A stretch of 48,027 nucleotides of DNA, taken from assembly GCA_041619515.1 (NCBI GenBank), contig JBFKDW010000012.1, positions 1 through 48,027 on the forward strand, given 5' to 3'. The notes beneath the pieces are model-generated. The model was not told the origin of the DNA. It worked only from the letters and a program-made list of their open reading frames with translations, and did no database searches. Position 1 is the first letter of the stretch, and every line of letters starts with the position of its first letter. Origin of the DNA: Acidimicrobiia bacterium. Its GTDB lineage: Bacteria; Actinomycetota; Acidimicrobiia; Spongiisociales; SHLN01. Both the position numbers and the translations under genes were made by a program. This document shows positions 8,479 through 20,645 of this stretch, piece by piece.

Positions 8479-8511
8479 TTGACGTTATACAGTGTTAGAT
8501 AGTATTAATAC
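8479..8511 (+). promoter_or_regulatory. Sigma70-like promoter region (TTGACG ... TAGTAT) overlapping the perfect palindrome GTATTAATAC
   Basis: TTGACG 8479-8484, TAGTAT 8500-8505 (spacer only 15 nt), 10-bp palindrome 8502-8511; strongly AT-rich patch. Confidence 0.45.
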
Positions 8512-8514
8512 CTC

Positions 8515-8946
8515 ATGCAGCCCGCGATGTCACGTCGAAATGCTCGTCCTCCCATTCCGGTGCCCGGCATCGCGGGCTGCAGCCCCCCTCCCGGCATCCG
8601 GCCCACTGCCCACCGGCGTCCGATGATCCGGCCTCGGCTGTGGACGGCGCCCGCGGGATATCCCGCCGATCACCAGTACGTGCGCCGCTACTGGATCGCC
8701 GTCATCGGGGCGGGCGCGGTTGCCGACCTGCTCCGGCTCATCCAGGCCGCCAAGCAGCGGCGTCCCCTTCGGCGTCCCGTCCACACGCCGGTGCTCGCCC
8801 AGGCCGGCCTCATCGTGGGTCGGGACTCACGGCTGTGGGTGCGGTCGACGGTTCCACCGGTTCCTCCCCACCTCGCCAGGCGTCTGACGCCGGCCCTTCG
8901 CCGTGAGCTGGTGCATTTCAACGACGCACAGGTTGATGCCGGCTAG
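8515..8946 (+). CDS. Hypothetical basic protein, possible winged-helix-like DNA-binding domain
   Basis: Fills the gap between moeB and the PBP gene. Core YVRRYWIAVIGAGAVADLLRL...LAQAGLI...LWVRSTVPP. Start uncertain (8515, 8527 or 8623). Confidence 0.6.
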   Translation: MQPAMSRRNARPPIPVPGIAGCSPPPGIRPTAHRRPMIRPRLWTAPAGYPADHQYVRRYWIAVIGAGAVADLLRLIQAAKQRRPLRRPVHTPVLAQAGLIVGRDSRLWVRSTVPPVPPHLARRLTPALRRELVHFNDAQVDAG

Positions 8947-11504
8947 CTGTCGGGCGCCCGCCCGATGACGATGGTGACGACGTCGTCGGCGCCCACCTCG
9001 GTGCCGGCCGGCGGCCTGGTCAGGATGATCCGTCCCCATGACTCGGGGTCGGTCACCTGGAACTCGGGCACGAGGGCAACGAGGATCTCGGTCTCAGCGG
9101 CCTTCTGCGCCATGACGAGGTTCGCTTCTGTGCGCGTCATGCCGATGAGGTTGGGAAGCGGGAAGGTTGGTGGTTCGCCGTTGGAGATTTCGATCACGAC
9201 CGTCCCGTTGTGGCTCATCCTCGCACCCGCCTCGGGTGTCTGGCTGAGAATGGTCCCGAGCGGCTCGAGTGACGGGACTTCCACGAACTCTGGATTGAGG
9301 TGGGCGAAATATACGAGCTGCCCGGCCGCGTCCTCGGTCAGCAGCGGGTCGGACATCAGGTCGGGGACCTCGGTCGACGGGACCACGTAGTACTTGCTCG
9401 AGCCGGGTGGGATGGGCGGGAAATCCTCGACCGGGACGTCGGTCAAGAACTCCGACATGAACTCTTTCCAGATCGGTGCCGGCACACTGCCGCCGAACAC
9501 CCGGCTGTAGTTCTGCCCGTTGATGGTGATGTTGGTCATGGGGATCTGCGCGTCCGCGTACCCCACCCACACCGCAGTCGAATACTGGGGAACGTAACCG
9601 ACGAACCAGGCATCACGGAAGCTCTGGTTGGTGCCCGTCTTCCCGGCCTGGGGGCGGCCGATGTTGGCGGCGTTGCCGGTGGCCCCCGAGACGGAAACGA
9701 CCTTCTTCATCGTGTTGACAACGACTGCGGCCAGGGTCTCGTCGAGGACTCGCTCGGGGGTCGGTTCGGCCTCGAACAGAACATTGCCCTCTTCGTCGGC
9801 GATCCGCTGGATCAGGTACGGCTCGTTCTTGATCCCGTAGTTGGCGATAGTCGAGTAGGCGGCCGCCATATCCAGCGGGCTGACCTCGCCGGCGCCCAGC
9901 GCCAGCGAGTACACCAGCGGAAGCTCCGAAGACACTCCCAAGCGGTTGGCGACCTCGGCCATCGCCTCCGGGCCGACCTCCACCGCAATCTGGGCAAAGG
10001 TCGGGTTGGTCGAGAAGTAGGTGGATGCCTCGAGGCTTCGCAGACCGCCGGCTACCCGGCCGCCCCGCACCGTCCACTCGAAGCCGCCGTTCTCCCCGCA
10101 CGGCACGTCGCACTCGATCACGAGCGGCGAGGAGATGTTCCAATACGAGTTGAGGCTGCCACCCTGCTCGAGGTAGGCGATGAGTGCGAACGGCTTGGCC
10201 GACGAGCCCGGCTGCCGCTGGCCCTCCGTTGCCAGGTTGTAATCCCGCTGCCCGGCCTCGACGTCGTCGCCGAAGTCGAGGCCTCCGGCCATCACCTTGA
10301 TGGCGCCCGTCTTGTTGTCGACGGTCGTGATGGCGCCGGTGGGCGCCGCCCCGCCGGTGGGGGACAGTGGGAACCAGTTCCGGAGAATGGCGTTGGCTCG
10401 CTCCTGGAAGTGAAAGTCGACGGTGGTGGTAATGACCAGCCCGCCCTTGAGGCGCGACTCCAGCTCGCAGTCCACGTCGTCGGCGGGGCAACCGAAGATG
10501 GCGATGAGCCTGTCCTCGGCGGTCGTGCCGAGCACTGCGTCGAATTTGGGATCGTTGAGCAGTGCACCCACCGCCGAGATCCGGATGAGCTCGGCAGGCT
10601 CGGGGAAGTTCTGGTGTGGGATGACCGAGGCTCTCAACGAGACCGATGCGGCAGCGTCGGCTTCCCCCTGGGTTATCTGCCCGGCTTCGACCATTTCGCT
10701 GAGGACGTTGACCCGGCGCTCCTCGACCAGCAGCTGGCCGATCTGGCCTCGCTCGTTCGGGGTGGTGTCGCGGGGGTCATACAGCGAAGGGTTGCGGATC
10801 ACCGTGGCGAGTGCTGCCGCCTCTCCCACCGAGAGGTCCTTCAGCTCTTTCCCGAAGTATTCGAGGCCGGCGGCCCGTATCCCGTAGGCGTTCCAGCCGA
10901 AGTACACGGAGTTGAGGTAGAACTCGAGGATCGCCTCCTTCGAATACTTGCGCTCCATTTCCGCCGCCCACGCGATCTCGGCGATCTTGCGCTGGACCGT
11001 CTTCTCCTTTCCGACGATGCCGAGGTTGCGGACGACCTGCTGGGTGATCGTCGAACCGCCCTGAATCGACGTTCCTCGCACCGTGGCGACGGCGGCTCGA
11101 AGCGTCGATGAGAAGTCGGCGCCCCGATGCGTGAAGAAGTCGCCGTCTTCGGCGGCCAGGATGGCGCCGCTCACATGATCGGGGATGGCTTCGATCGGGA
11201 CCGGCAGGCTCCCGCGCAGCGACAGCTCGGCCAGTTGCACGCCGTCGGCGGAGAACAACGTCGAGAGCCGGCTCAGGTTGGGAAACTCGGGGATTCCGGC
11301 CGGGTTCGTCTCGGGGATCAGGGTGTCATCGACCCAGTCGTACGCCTTGGCCGACGGGTTGCTCGACAGGAATGCGAACAACCCCACCCAGGCGCTCATC
11401 AACACACCCGCCACCAGCAGGATGGCGAGAGCCGGGACCAGCCGGGTGCGCCGCTCGCGCCATTCGGCCTGATGAATCGTTGGTTGGGGGGTGGGCAAGC
11501 TCAT
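8943..11504 (-). CDS. ponA: Class A penicillin-binding protein (transglycosylase + transpeptidase + 2 PASTA-like domains)
   Basis: N-terminal TM. Transglycosylase [22 protein letters not shown]. Transpeptidase SxxK (SSAK), SxN (STN), KTG. C-terminal PASTA-like repeats. Confidence 0.93.
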   Translation of the reverse strand: MSLPTPQPTIHQAEWRERRTRLVPALAILLVAGVLMSAWVGLFAFLSSNPSAKAYDWVDDTLIPETNPAGIPEFPNLSRLSTLFSADGVQLAELSLRGSLPVPIEAIPDHVSGAILAAEDGDFFTHRGADFSSTLRAAVATVRGTSIQGGSTITQQVVRNLGIVGKEKTVQRKIAEIAWAAEMERKYSKEAILEFYLNSVYFGWNAYGIRAAGLEYFGKELKDLSVGEAAALATVIRNPSLYDPRDTTPNERGQIGQLLVEERRVNVLSEMVEAGQITQGEADAAASVSLRASVIPHQNFPEPAELIRISAVGALLNDPKFDAVLGTTAEDRLIAIFGCPADDVDCELESRLKGGLVITTTVDFHFQERANAILRNWFPLSPTGGAAPTGAITTVDNKTGAIKVMAGGLDFGDDVEAGQRDYNLATEGQRQPGSSAKPFALIAYLEQGGSLNSYWNISSPLVIECDVPCGENGGFEWTVRGGRVAGGLRSLEASTYFSTNPTFAQIAVEVGPEAMAEVANRLGVSSELPLVYSLALGAGEVSPLDMAAAYSTIANYGIKNEPYLIQRIADEEGNVLFEAEPTPERVLDETLAAVVVNTMKKVVSVSGATGNAANIGRPQAGKTGTNQSFRDAWFVGYVPQYSTAVWVGYADAQIPMTNITINGQNYSRVFGGSVPAPIWKEFMSEFLTDVPVEDFPPIPPGSSKYYVVPSTEVPDLMSDPLLTEDAAGQLVYFAHLNPEFVEVPSLEPLGTILSQTPEAGARMSHNGTVVIEISNGEPPTFPLPNLIGMTRTEANLVMAQKAAETEILVALVPEFQVTDPESWGRIILTRPPAGTEVGADDVVTIVIGRAPDS

Positions 11505-11579
11505 GTACCTGGTTTAGAAGGCGTGGGGACCCGCGGGGTTCCCGGGTACCATCTGCTCTCGGCCAGCATATACCGAGCT

Positions 11580-13139
11580 ATGGATAACTCCGCGAATTCC
11601 AAACCGCCCCGTGATATTCCCCTGGATGTGGTCCACGGCCCCCCCGACCGCGAGCCCGAGCTCGGTGTTCCCGGTGATTACCCCTACACCCGCGGCCCTT
11701 ACCCGACCATGTATCGGGGCCGGCTCTGGACGATGCGCCAGTACGCCGGCTTTGGTGACGCAGCCGCCACCAACAGGCGCTTCAAGGCGCTGCTCGAGGC
11801 CGGGCAAACCGGGCTGTCGGTAGCGTTCGACCTCCCCACCCAGATGGGTCTCGACAGCGACGATCCGCGCTCCACGGGCGAGGTCGGAAAAGTCGGAGTC
11901 GCCATCGACTCGCTGGCGGACATGCGTGTCCTCCTCGACGGGATTCCCCTCGGCCGGGTCACGACCTCCATGACCATCAACGCCACCGCCGCCGCCCTCC
12001 TCCTGCTCTACCAACTGGTGGCCGAGGAACAAGGGGTCGATGCGGCCGACATCGGGGGAACGGTCCAGAACGACATTCTCAAGGAGTACGCCGCCCGCGG
12101 CACCTATATCTATCCACCCCAGCCCTCGATGAGGCTGGTAACCGACCTGTTCTCCTATTGCGCCGACCAGCTGCCCGCCTGGAACACGATCTCGATCTCC
12201 GGGTACCACATTCGCGAAGCAGGCTCGACCGCTGCCCAGGAGATCGGGTTCACGCTGGCCAATGCGCTTGCCTACGTCGAGGCCGCCCAGGCGGCAGGCC
12301 TGGATGTCGATGACTTCGCGCCCCGCCTGTCCTTCTTCTGGAACGCGCACAGCAACTTCCTGGAGGAAGTCGCCAAGTACCGAGCGGCCCGACGCCTGTG
12401 GGCCCACCTCATGCGGGAGCGGGTTGGTGCTTCGAAACCCCCCTCATGGCGAATGCGGTTCCACACCCAGACTGCCGGCAGCTCCCTCACCGCACAACAG
12501 CCCCTCACGAACGTGGTTCGAACAACGCTCGAGGCGCTGAGCGCGGTGCTGGGCGGGACGCAGTCGCTCCACACCAACTCGTTCGACGAAGCACTCGGGC
12601 TGCCAACCGAGGAGGCGGCCACCCTGGCCCTTCGCACTCAGCAGATCATTGCGTATGAGAGCGGCGTCACCGACTCGGTCGATCCCCTTGCCGGCTCCTA
12701 TGTCGTCGAGCACCTCACTGATCAGCTCGGGTTGAAGGCACTCGAGATCATCGAATGGGTGGACCGCAACGGCGGTGCGGTCGCCGCAGTGGAGAACGGC
12801 CTCGTGCAGGCCGAGATCGAGGAGTCGGCCTACCGGACGGCACGGGCGGTCGACTCCGGAGAGCAAGTGATAGTGGGAGTCAACCGTTTCCACACCGAAG
12901 AAACCCAGCATGTTCCGCCCCTGGCGCTGGACCGGGAGCTCGAGCGCCACCAGGTAGAGCGGCTCAGCGCCTTCAAGGCGAGCAGAGGCGACCTATCGGA
13001 ACAGCTTGCAGCCGTCCGGACGGCGGCAGCCGGGACCGAGAACGTGCTCCACCCGATGAAAGCCGCTCTGGCCGCCGGCGCCACCGTCGGCGAGGTTTCC
13101 AATGTGCTGCGAGAGGTGTTCGGCGAATACCGGCCCTAG
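11580..13139 (+). CDS. Methylmalonyl-CoA mutase, substrate-binding (N-terminal) subunit
   Basis: [15 protein letters not shown] (Tyr specificity residue), [31 protein letters not shown]. No DxHxxG B12-binding domain. True start is ATG 11580. Confidence 0.95.
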   Translation: MDNSANSKPPRDIPLDVVHGPPDREPELGVPGDYPYTRGPYPTMYRGRLWTMRQYAGFGDAAATNRRFKALLEAGQTGLSVAFDLPTQMGLDSDDPRSTGEVGKVGVAIDSLADMRVLLDGIPLGRVTTSMTINATAAALLLLYQLVAEEQGVDAADIGGTVQNDILKEYAARGTYIYPPQPSMRLVTDLFSYCADQLPAWNTISISGYHIREAGSTAAQEIGFTLANALAYVEAAQAAGLDVDDFAPRLSFFWNAHSNFLEEVAKYRAARRLWAHLMRERVGASKPPSWRMRFHTQTAGSSLTAQQPLTNVVRTTLEALSAVLGGTQSLHTNSFDEALGLPTEEAATLALRTQQIIAYESGVTDSVDPLAGSYVVEHLTDQLGLKALEIIEWVDRNGGAVAAVENGLVQAEIEESAYRTARAVDSGEQVIVGVNRFHTEETQHVPPLALDRELERHQVERLSAFKASRGDLSEQLAAVRTAAAGTENVLHPMKAALAAGATVGEVSNVLREVFGEYRP

Positions 13140-13169
13140 CGAGGGCGGTCCGGCGGGGACGCTGGAACC

Positions 13170-14905
<1,736 letters not shown>

Positions 14906-14906
<1 letters not shown>

Positions 14907-16453
14907 CAAAGGGGCATGTTTCCGTGCTTCTTGGGTGGAGGCGTTTCTCGCTTGGTGCGCAGCATGTCCAGGGCCCGTATCAGCCGGGGGCGGGTCTCCC
15001 GCGGCAGAATCACCTCGTCCACCAGCCCGCTCTCGGCTGCGAGGTACGGGTTGTTGAACATCTCCTCGTACTCGGCGATCAAGCGGGTACGCACCTCCGG
15101 CGCGTCGGCGGCTTGAGCCAGCTCGCGCCGATGGATGATGTTGACGGCGCCCTGGGCTCCCATGACGGCGATCTGGGCGGACGGCCAGGCGTAGACGAGG
15201 TCGGCTCGGAGGCTGCGTGAGTTCATGACGACGTAGGCCCCACCGTATGCCTTGCGGGTGATCACTGTGATCTTGGGAACCGTGGCCTCGGCATAGGCGT
15301 ACAGGAGCTTGGCTCCGTGGCGGATGATGCCGCCGTGTTCCTGGTCGACCCCCGGCATGAACCCCGGGACGTCGACAAAGGTCACCAGCGGGATGTTGAA
15401 GCTGTCACAGAAGCGAACGAACCGGGCTGCCTTGACGGACGCGTCGATGTCGAGCGTCCCGGCCAGGGCAGACGGCTGGTTGCCTACCACGCCGACGGCG
15501 TGGCCGTCGAGCCGGGCAAGGCCGACCACGATGTTCTTGGCGTAGTGCTCGTGCACCTCGTAGAACTCCGCATCGTCCACCACCAGCTCGATGAGGTGAC
15601 GCATGTCGTAGGGCTGGTTGGGCGAATCGGGGATGATGGACGTGAGCTCCTCGTCCATCCGGTCCGGCTTGTCGCTCGGCGTGAAGTGGGGGGGCGCCTC
15701 GAGGTTATTAGCCGGGAGGAACGACAGGATGTAGCGAACCTCCTCCATAGCGGCGTGATCGTCGGCGGCCACGAAGTGAGTGACTCCAGACACACTGGCA
15801 TGCGAATGGGCGCCGCCGAGCTCTTCGAAGGTCACGTCCTCGCCGGTGACCGTCTTGATCACATCCGGCCCGGTGATGAACAGGTGGCTGGTTTCGTTCA
15901 CCTGGTACACGAAATCGGTGAGTGCCGGTGAGTACACGGCCCCGCCGGCGCACGGACCCATGATGACCGAGATCTGAGGGATGACCCCGGAGGCCCGTAC
16001 GTTGCGCTCGAATATCCGTCCGTACCCGTCCAGCGACACGACCCCCTCCTGGATTCGAGCACCGCCCGAGTCCTTCAGGCCGAGCAGCGGCGCTCCCACC
16101 TCGAGCGCCAGATCCATGACCTTGGTGATCTTGTCGGCAACCACTTCGCCGAGGCTCCCGCCGAACACGGTGAAGTCCTCGGCGAACACGAACACCTTGC
16201 GACCGTCGACGGTGCCCCAGCCGGTGATCACTGCATCCCCCAGCGGGCGGTTGGCCTCGATGCCGAAGCCGGTGGCTTGATGGCGGACGAGCGTATCGAT
16301 CTCTTGGAACGAGCCCTTGTCCACGAGCATCTGGATGCGTTCCCGGGCGGTGTTCTTGCCTCGTTCGTGCTGGCGATCGACGGCGCGCTCGTGGGCGGCC
16401 GAGTTTTCGGCCCGCAGCGATTCCAGTCGCCGGATGCGGTCGTCGTTGCTCAT
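14906..16453 (-). CDS. pccB: Acyl-CoA (propionyl-CoA) carboxylase carboxyltransferase beta subunit
   Basis: [45 protein letters not shown]. Confidence 0.95.
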
Positions 16454-16486
16454 AAGCTTGTGTCCTTAGACCTCCGGAGGCCGTGC

Positions 16487-17176
16487 TTGGCTACACATTA
16501 CGTCGTCCATCACCTCGACCGTGTTGCATCCACCCAAGACGAGGCCCGATCCCGCTACTCGGGGGTACCGTGCCTGGTGACCGCAACGCAACAGCAGGCG
16601 GGTCGCGGGCGGGGGGGTGCCGAGTGGCTCAACGCACCCAGGGCGCTGGCGGCGTCGTTGATATTCGAGCCGGACTGGCCGGCAGAGCGGGTTCCGCTGC
16701 TCACCCTCGTCGCCGGGCTGGCGGCCAGGCGGGTGCTCGGCTCCGAGCTCCGCTTGAAGTGGCCGAACGACGTGGTCAACGCCTCCGGCGACAAGGTGGC
16801 CGGGCTGCTGGCCGAACGCCTCGGGACCACGCTCGTGATTGGGCTGGGCGCCAACCTCTACTGGCCCGGGCCACCGCCCGGCGTGGCGGCGGTGTCCGGT
16901 CAGGATGCCGGTCCGCTCGCCGGGCGCTCCTTGGCGGTGGAATGGGCCGATCAGCTGCTGGCGGGGGTTGCGGCCGGAGCCGACCGGTGGGGGAGTGCAG
17001 AGTATCGGGAGTGCAGCGCCACGATCGGGAACGCCGTGACATGGGACGGCGGCGGTCCCGGGACGGCCGTCGACATCGACGAGTCCGGCGGGCTGGTCGT
17101 CGAGGTCGACGGTGCCCGGCAGGTGCTGCACTCCGGTCGGGTGCGGTCGGTCCGGCCGACTACGCTCACCGACTGA
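16487..17176 (+). CDS. birA: Biotin--[acetyl-CoA carboxylase] ligase (no N-terminal HTH)
   Basis: STQD, QQAGRGRGG.W, LKWPNDV, KVAGLL, IGLGAN. TTG start with GGAGG RBS at 16476-16480. Confidence 0.9.
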   Translation: MATHYVVHHLDRVASTQDEARSRYSGVPCLVTATQQQAGRGRGGAEWLNAPRALAASLIFEPDWPAERVPLLTLVAGLAARRVLGSELRLKWPNDVVNASGDKVAGLLAERLGTTLVIGLGANLYWPGPPPGVAAVSGQDAGPLAGRSLAVEWADQLLAGVAAGADRWGSAEYRECSATIGNAVTWDGGGPGTAVDIDESGGLVVEVDGARQVLHSGRVRSVRPTTLTD

Positions 17177-17190
17177 TCGAGAGGACCGCA

Positions 17191-17880
17191 ATGGCATTGC
17201 TGAAAGGTGAGGGAACCCACCAGATCCTTTACGGTGGGGTCGACATATTCTCGGGCATACGCCACAACCGCGGGTACCTGGCCCGGCCCGACCACGCCGG
17301 GTCCTTTCCCACCGTCCTGCTGATACACGGCCGGGCCGGCATATCCTCGTCGGTCAAGTCGCTCGCCCGGCGCCTCGCCCGCCATGGGCTCGCGGTAGTC
17401 GGGCCGGATCTGTTTCGGGGCGCCCGGGCACCCCGGAAGCCGCTTCCCTCCTGGCCCGAACCGACCCGCTTGACCTCGGATCTGCGGGATACCCTCCGGT
17501 GGATGGAGAGTCCCGACACGCCCTGGGTGCGATCGGACTCGATCGGAGCACTCGCCCTCGACCGCGCCGCCTCCGCCGCCCTCCGCCTGACACACGAAGA
17601 TGACGGGATCCGGGCGCTCGCCCTCATCTCCCCGGTGCTGACCGAAGCGGCCGCTGAGGTGGAGGTCCCGGTCATCGGGTTCTTCGGCAAAGAAGACGAC
17701 ATTGCAGGTCCCGAGCAGCGTCGCGCCACCCAGGACGCCCTCGACCACGGAGAGTGGGTTCTCTATGGAGGAGCCGGCCATGGCCTCATCGACGAGTCGG
17801 CGGAGGATTATCGGTGGGATGTCGCCGTCGACATCGGGGATCGAACGGTCGGGTTCTTCGCCCGATCTTTGAAATCCTGA
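17191..17880 (+). CDS. Dienelactone hydrolase-like alpha/beta-hydrolase (nucleophile elbow degenerate)
   Basis: GYLARP, VLLIHG, ARRLARHGLAVVGPDLF, PVIGFFGKED, YGGAGHGL. ATG 17191 with GAGG RBS. Confidence 0.8.
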   Translation: MALLKGEGTHQILYGGVDIFSGIRHNRGYLARPDHAGSFPTVLLIHGRAGISSSVKSLARRLARHGLAVVGPDLFRGARAPRKPLPSWPEPTRLTSDLRDTLRWMESPDTPWVRSDSIGALALDRAASAALRLTHEDDGIRALALISPVLTEAAAEVEVPVIGFFGKEDDIAGPEQRRATQDALDHGEWVLYGGAGHGLIDESAEDYRWDVAVDIGDRTVGFFARSLKS

Positions 17881-17951
17881 TTACATCTGTGAGTGCTGCT
17901 GCCAGACTGATTGTTCGGCTCTTGAATCAGTGAGGTAGTAACCTCGCCCGA

Positions 17952-19250
17952 ATGCAGCGTATCGCCGCGCCTTCTGCATCTCTTTCGGTCGGGCTGATCC
18001 TTCGCCGCGTCTTTGTCGCGCTCTTGGTGGTCGCCAACGTCGTCGTGTTCGCGGTTCTCTTCTATCTGAACAGCCTCAAGACCGCCGTCGATGCATCGAT
18101 CGAGCAAATCGCCCGGGACGAGCTGCCCGCACTCGTGACACCCCCGGGAAGGGCCGGAGGTCCGCTCTATGTGCTCCTGGTAGGAAGTGACACTCGGGAC
18201 AATCTGACCGGTGACCTCACCTACTTCGGCGATTTCGACGGGCAGCGGGCCGATGTCATCATGCTGTTCCGGGTAGACCCGGCCCGCCAGACGGCCCAGC
18301 TCGTCAGCCTGCCGCGTGATCTCCTCGTCAACCGGGCCGACGGTGGGATCGAAAAACTCAACGCCTCATACGCCCGCGGCCCCAACGCGCTCATCGAGAC
18401 CGCTGCCGCGGTGGCCGGCGTGGCCATCAACCACTACGTGGAAGTCGACTTCGTCGGGTTTGCCGCCATTGTCGACGAGCTCGGGGGGATCGATTTCTAT
18501 TTCGCGCTCCCCTCGCGTGACGTCAAATCCGGACTGAACGTCGCGCAGGGTCCCATCCACATGGATGGGACGACCGCGCTTGCCTTCGCCAGGTCCCGCA
18601 ACCTGGAAGAGCTGGTCGACGGCGCATGGCAGCGGGTTCCCGGCAGCGACCTGGAGCGGACCAAGCGGCAGCAAGAGTTGATCTTCACCATCCTGAACGA
18701 GGCCAAGCGCCCCGACAACCTCCTCGACATGGGCGAGCTGGTGAGCGCGATCGGGGAGCAAATCAAGACCGATGCCGGCCTCGATTTCGATGCCCTTCGT
18801 GACCTGGCCTGGCAGATGCGCTCATTCGACACCGAGAACCTGGAGGCGGCAACGCTGCCCGTCTACTTCGACACCATTGATGCGGTCTCCTATGTGCGGT
18901 CGCATCCCACCGCCGCTCCCACCCTGCTCGCCAATTTCCGGGCGGGGCTCCCATTGACCGGCGACAATGACGGCACCACCCGCATCGAGGTGCGCAACGG
19001 CAACGGGCGCAACGGCGCCGCCCTCGAGTTCGCCACCTATCTGGAGGGCCGGGGCTACATCGTGGCATCCATCGGCAACGCCGATCGCACCTATCCGGAG
19101 ACCATCGTCATCACCCGTCCAGGAGAGATCGAGGTGGCCGACGCGTTCGTCTCCGACATCGGGATCGGCACGGTCCAGGACGGAAACCTCACCACCGGGG
19201 GCATCGACCTCATCGTCTATCTGGGAGAGGACGCCGACTTCGGCGAGTGA
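17952..19250 (+). CDS. LCP (LytR-CpsA-Psr) family glycopolymer transferase with LytR_C domain
   Basis: N-terminal TM. LLVGSDTR, RADVIML, SLPRDL, ALAFARSR, SDLERTKRQQ. C-terminal EVRNGNGRNGAA...IVYLGED. Confidence 0.93.
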   Translation: MQRIAAPSASLSVGLILRRVFVALLVVANVVVFAVLFYLNSLKTAVDASIEQIARDELPALVTPPGRAGGPLYVLLVGSDTRDNLTGDLTYFGDFDGQRADVIMLFRVDPARQTAQLVSLPRDLLVNRADGGIEKLNASYARGPNALIETAAAVAGVAINHYVEVDFVGFAAIVDELGGIDFYFALPSRDVKSGLNVAQGPIHMDGTTALAFARSRNLEELVDGAWQRVPGSDLERTKRQQELIFTILNEAKRPDNLLDMGELVSAIGEQIKTDAGLDFDALRDLAWQMRSFDTENLEAATLPVYFDTIDAVSYVRSHPTAAPTLLANFRAGLPLTGDNDGTTRIEVRNGNGRNGAALEFATYLEGRGYIVASIGNADRTYPETIVITRPGEIEVADAFVSDIGIGTVQDGNLTTGGIDLIVYLGEDADFGE

Positions 19251-19327
19251 CCCAAGCAATGCGCTCGACCTAGTGCGCCGCCCCCGGGGAGGCACTACCG
19301 TTTAGGTTTGCCGCCGGACGAAGCCGG

Positions 19328-19355
19328 TCAAGTCGGCCGTCGCGGCCGCCGATTC
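19328..19355 (+). promoter_or_regulatory. Putative sigma28/WhiG-type promoter TCAAG-N15-GCCGATTC
   Basis: TCAAG 19328-19332 and GCCGAT 19348-19353, ~30 nt upstream of the ugd start. Confidence 0.5.
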
Positions 19356-19382
19356 GATTGAGTATCTAGTTGAGGTTGAGAA

Positions 19383-20645
19383 ATGCAAGTTGCCGTCATC
19401 GGCGCAGGGTATGTGGGGCTGGTCACCGGGGCCGGGCTCGCCTACCTCGGCCACACCGTCCGCCTCGGTGAGCGGGATCCCGACAAGCTGGAAACCCTCA
19501 AGGCCGGCCAGGTCCCGTTCTACGAGGCAGGGCTCGACGGCCTGCTCTCCGAGGGGCTCAGAAACCACCTCATTTCCTTCCACGCCGACAATCGCGAGGC
19601 GGTTGCAGGCGCTCGCGTGATCTTCATTGCCCTGCCGACACCTCCGGACGCGGACGGATCGGCCGATACCTCTTACATCGAGGCAGCGCTGCATGACATC
19701 GGCCCATCGATCGGCCGGGGAGCGGTGGTGGTCCTGAAATCAACGGTTCCCGTCGGCTCGGTGGCACGCTTCCAGGCCCAACTGGACGAATACGAGCCCG
19801 GGGCGACCGTCATATCAAACCCGGAGTTCCTTCGGGAAGGAAGCGCCGTCGGCGACTTCCTCCACCCGGACCGGATCGTGATCGGGACCCACAGCCAGGC
19901 GGCGGCTGAGGTCATGCTCGAGCTCTACCAGACATTGCAGGCACCGGTCGTGGTCACCGACCCTGCTTCCTCGGAGATGATCAAATATGCTTCGAACGCC
20001 TACCTGGCCACCCGCATCACGTTTGCGAATGCCATCGCAAATCTGTGCGAGTCGGTGGGCGCCGATGTCAAGGATGTCCTTCTCGGCATGGGCTACGACC
20101 GCCGGGTGGGGTTCCATTTTCTCAATCCAGGCCCCGGCTACGGCGGATCGTGCTTCCCGAAGGACACTAGAGCGCTGGTGGCGATTGCCGACGAGGCAGG
20201 CTACGACTTCTCGCTCCTGCGCGGTGTCATCGAAGTCAACGAGCTGCAGCGGCATCGGGTCGTCGACAAGGTTCGGGCGGCGGTAGACCTCGACGGAGCC
20301 ACGGTCGGGCTGTGGGGTCTCGCCTTCAAAGCCGGCACAGACGACATCAGGGAGTCGCCCGCCGTCTTCCTCGCCGAGGAGCTCATGGCCGGCGGCGCCA
20401 CCGTCCAGGCCTTCGACCCTGAGGCCACCAGCGTCGAGGGTGTCATCCGGGTGGATGACCCGATCCAGGCCGCCAAAGACGCGGATGTTCTGCTGATCGC
20501 CACCGAGTGGCCGCTCTTCCAGTCGGTTGATCTGCGGACGGTGCGCGAGGTGATGGCCTCGCCCCACATCATCGACGCCCGCAACATGCTCGACCCCGAC
20601 GCGGTGCGGCGCCTGGGGATGCGCTACGAGGGCATCGGTCGATGA
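19383..20645 (+). CDS. ugd: UDP-glucose 6-dehydrogenase
   Basis: GAGYVGL, KSTVPVG, SNPEFLREG, KYASNAYLA, GYGGSCFPKD, AFKAGTDDIRESP. Confidence 0.95.
   Translation: MQVAVIGAGYVGLVTGAGLAYLGHTVRLGERDPDKLETLKAGQVPFYEAGLDGLLSEGLRNHLISFHADNREAVAGARVIFIALPTPPDADGSADTSYIEAALHDIGPSIGRGAVVVLKSTVPVGSVARFQAQLDEYEPGATVISNPEFLREGSAVGDFLHPDRIVIGTHSQAAAEVMLELYQTLQAPVVVTDPASSEMIKYASNAYLATRITFANAIANLCESVGADVKDVLLGMGYDRRVGFHFLNPGPGYGGSCFPKDTRALVAIADEAGYDFSLLRGVIEVNELQRHRVVDKVRAAVDLDGATVGLWGLAFKAGTDDIRESPAVFLAEELMAGGATVQAFDPEATSVEGVIRVDDPIQAAKDADVLLIATEWPLFQSVDLRTVREVMASPHIIDARNMLDPDAVRRLGMRYEGIGR

Noticed and set aside
9300..11111. 603-aa plus-strand ORF (and similar long ORFs at 1703-2971, 4917-6239, 6861-8162, 13608-14768, 37741-38934)
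   Set aside because: Each lies antisense to a well-supported gene; typical GC-rich shadow frames.
11127..11579. N-terminal extension of the mutase ORF
   Set aside because: Overlaps ponA on the opposite strand; mutase similarity begins after ATG 11580.
16483..17190. Apparent 465-aa fusion ORF ending at 17880
   Set aside because: The upstream part is an alternative frame over birA with Arg/Gly-rich noise; the real gene starts at ATG 17191 with an RBS.
19271..19297. TAGTGC...GCACTA inverted repeat after LCP as a terminator
   Set aside because: Irregular stem and only a short T-run; not strong enough to call.
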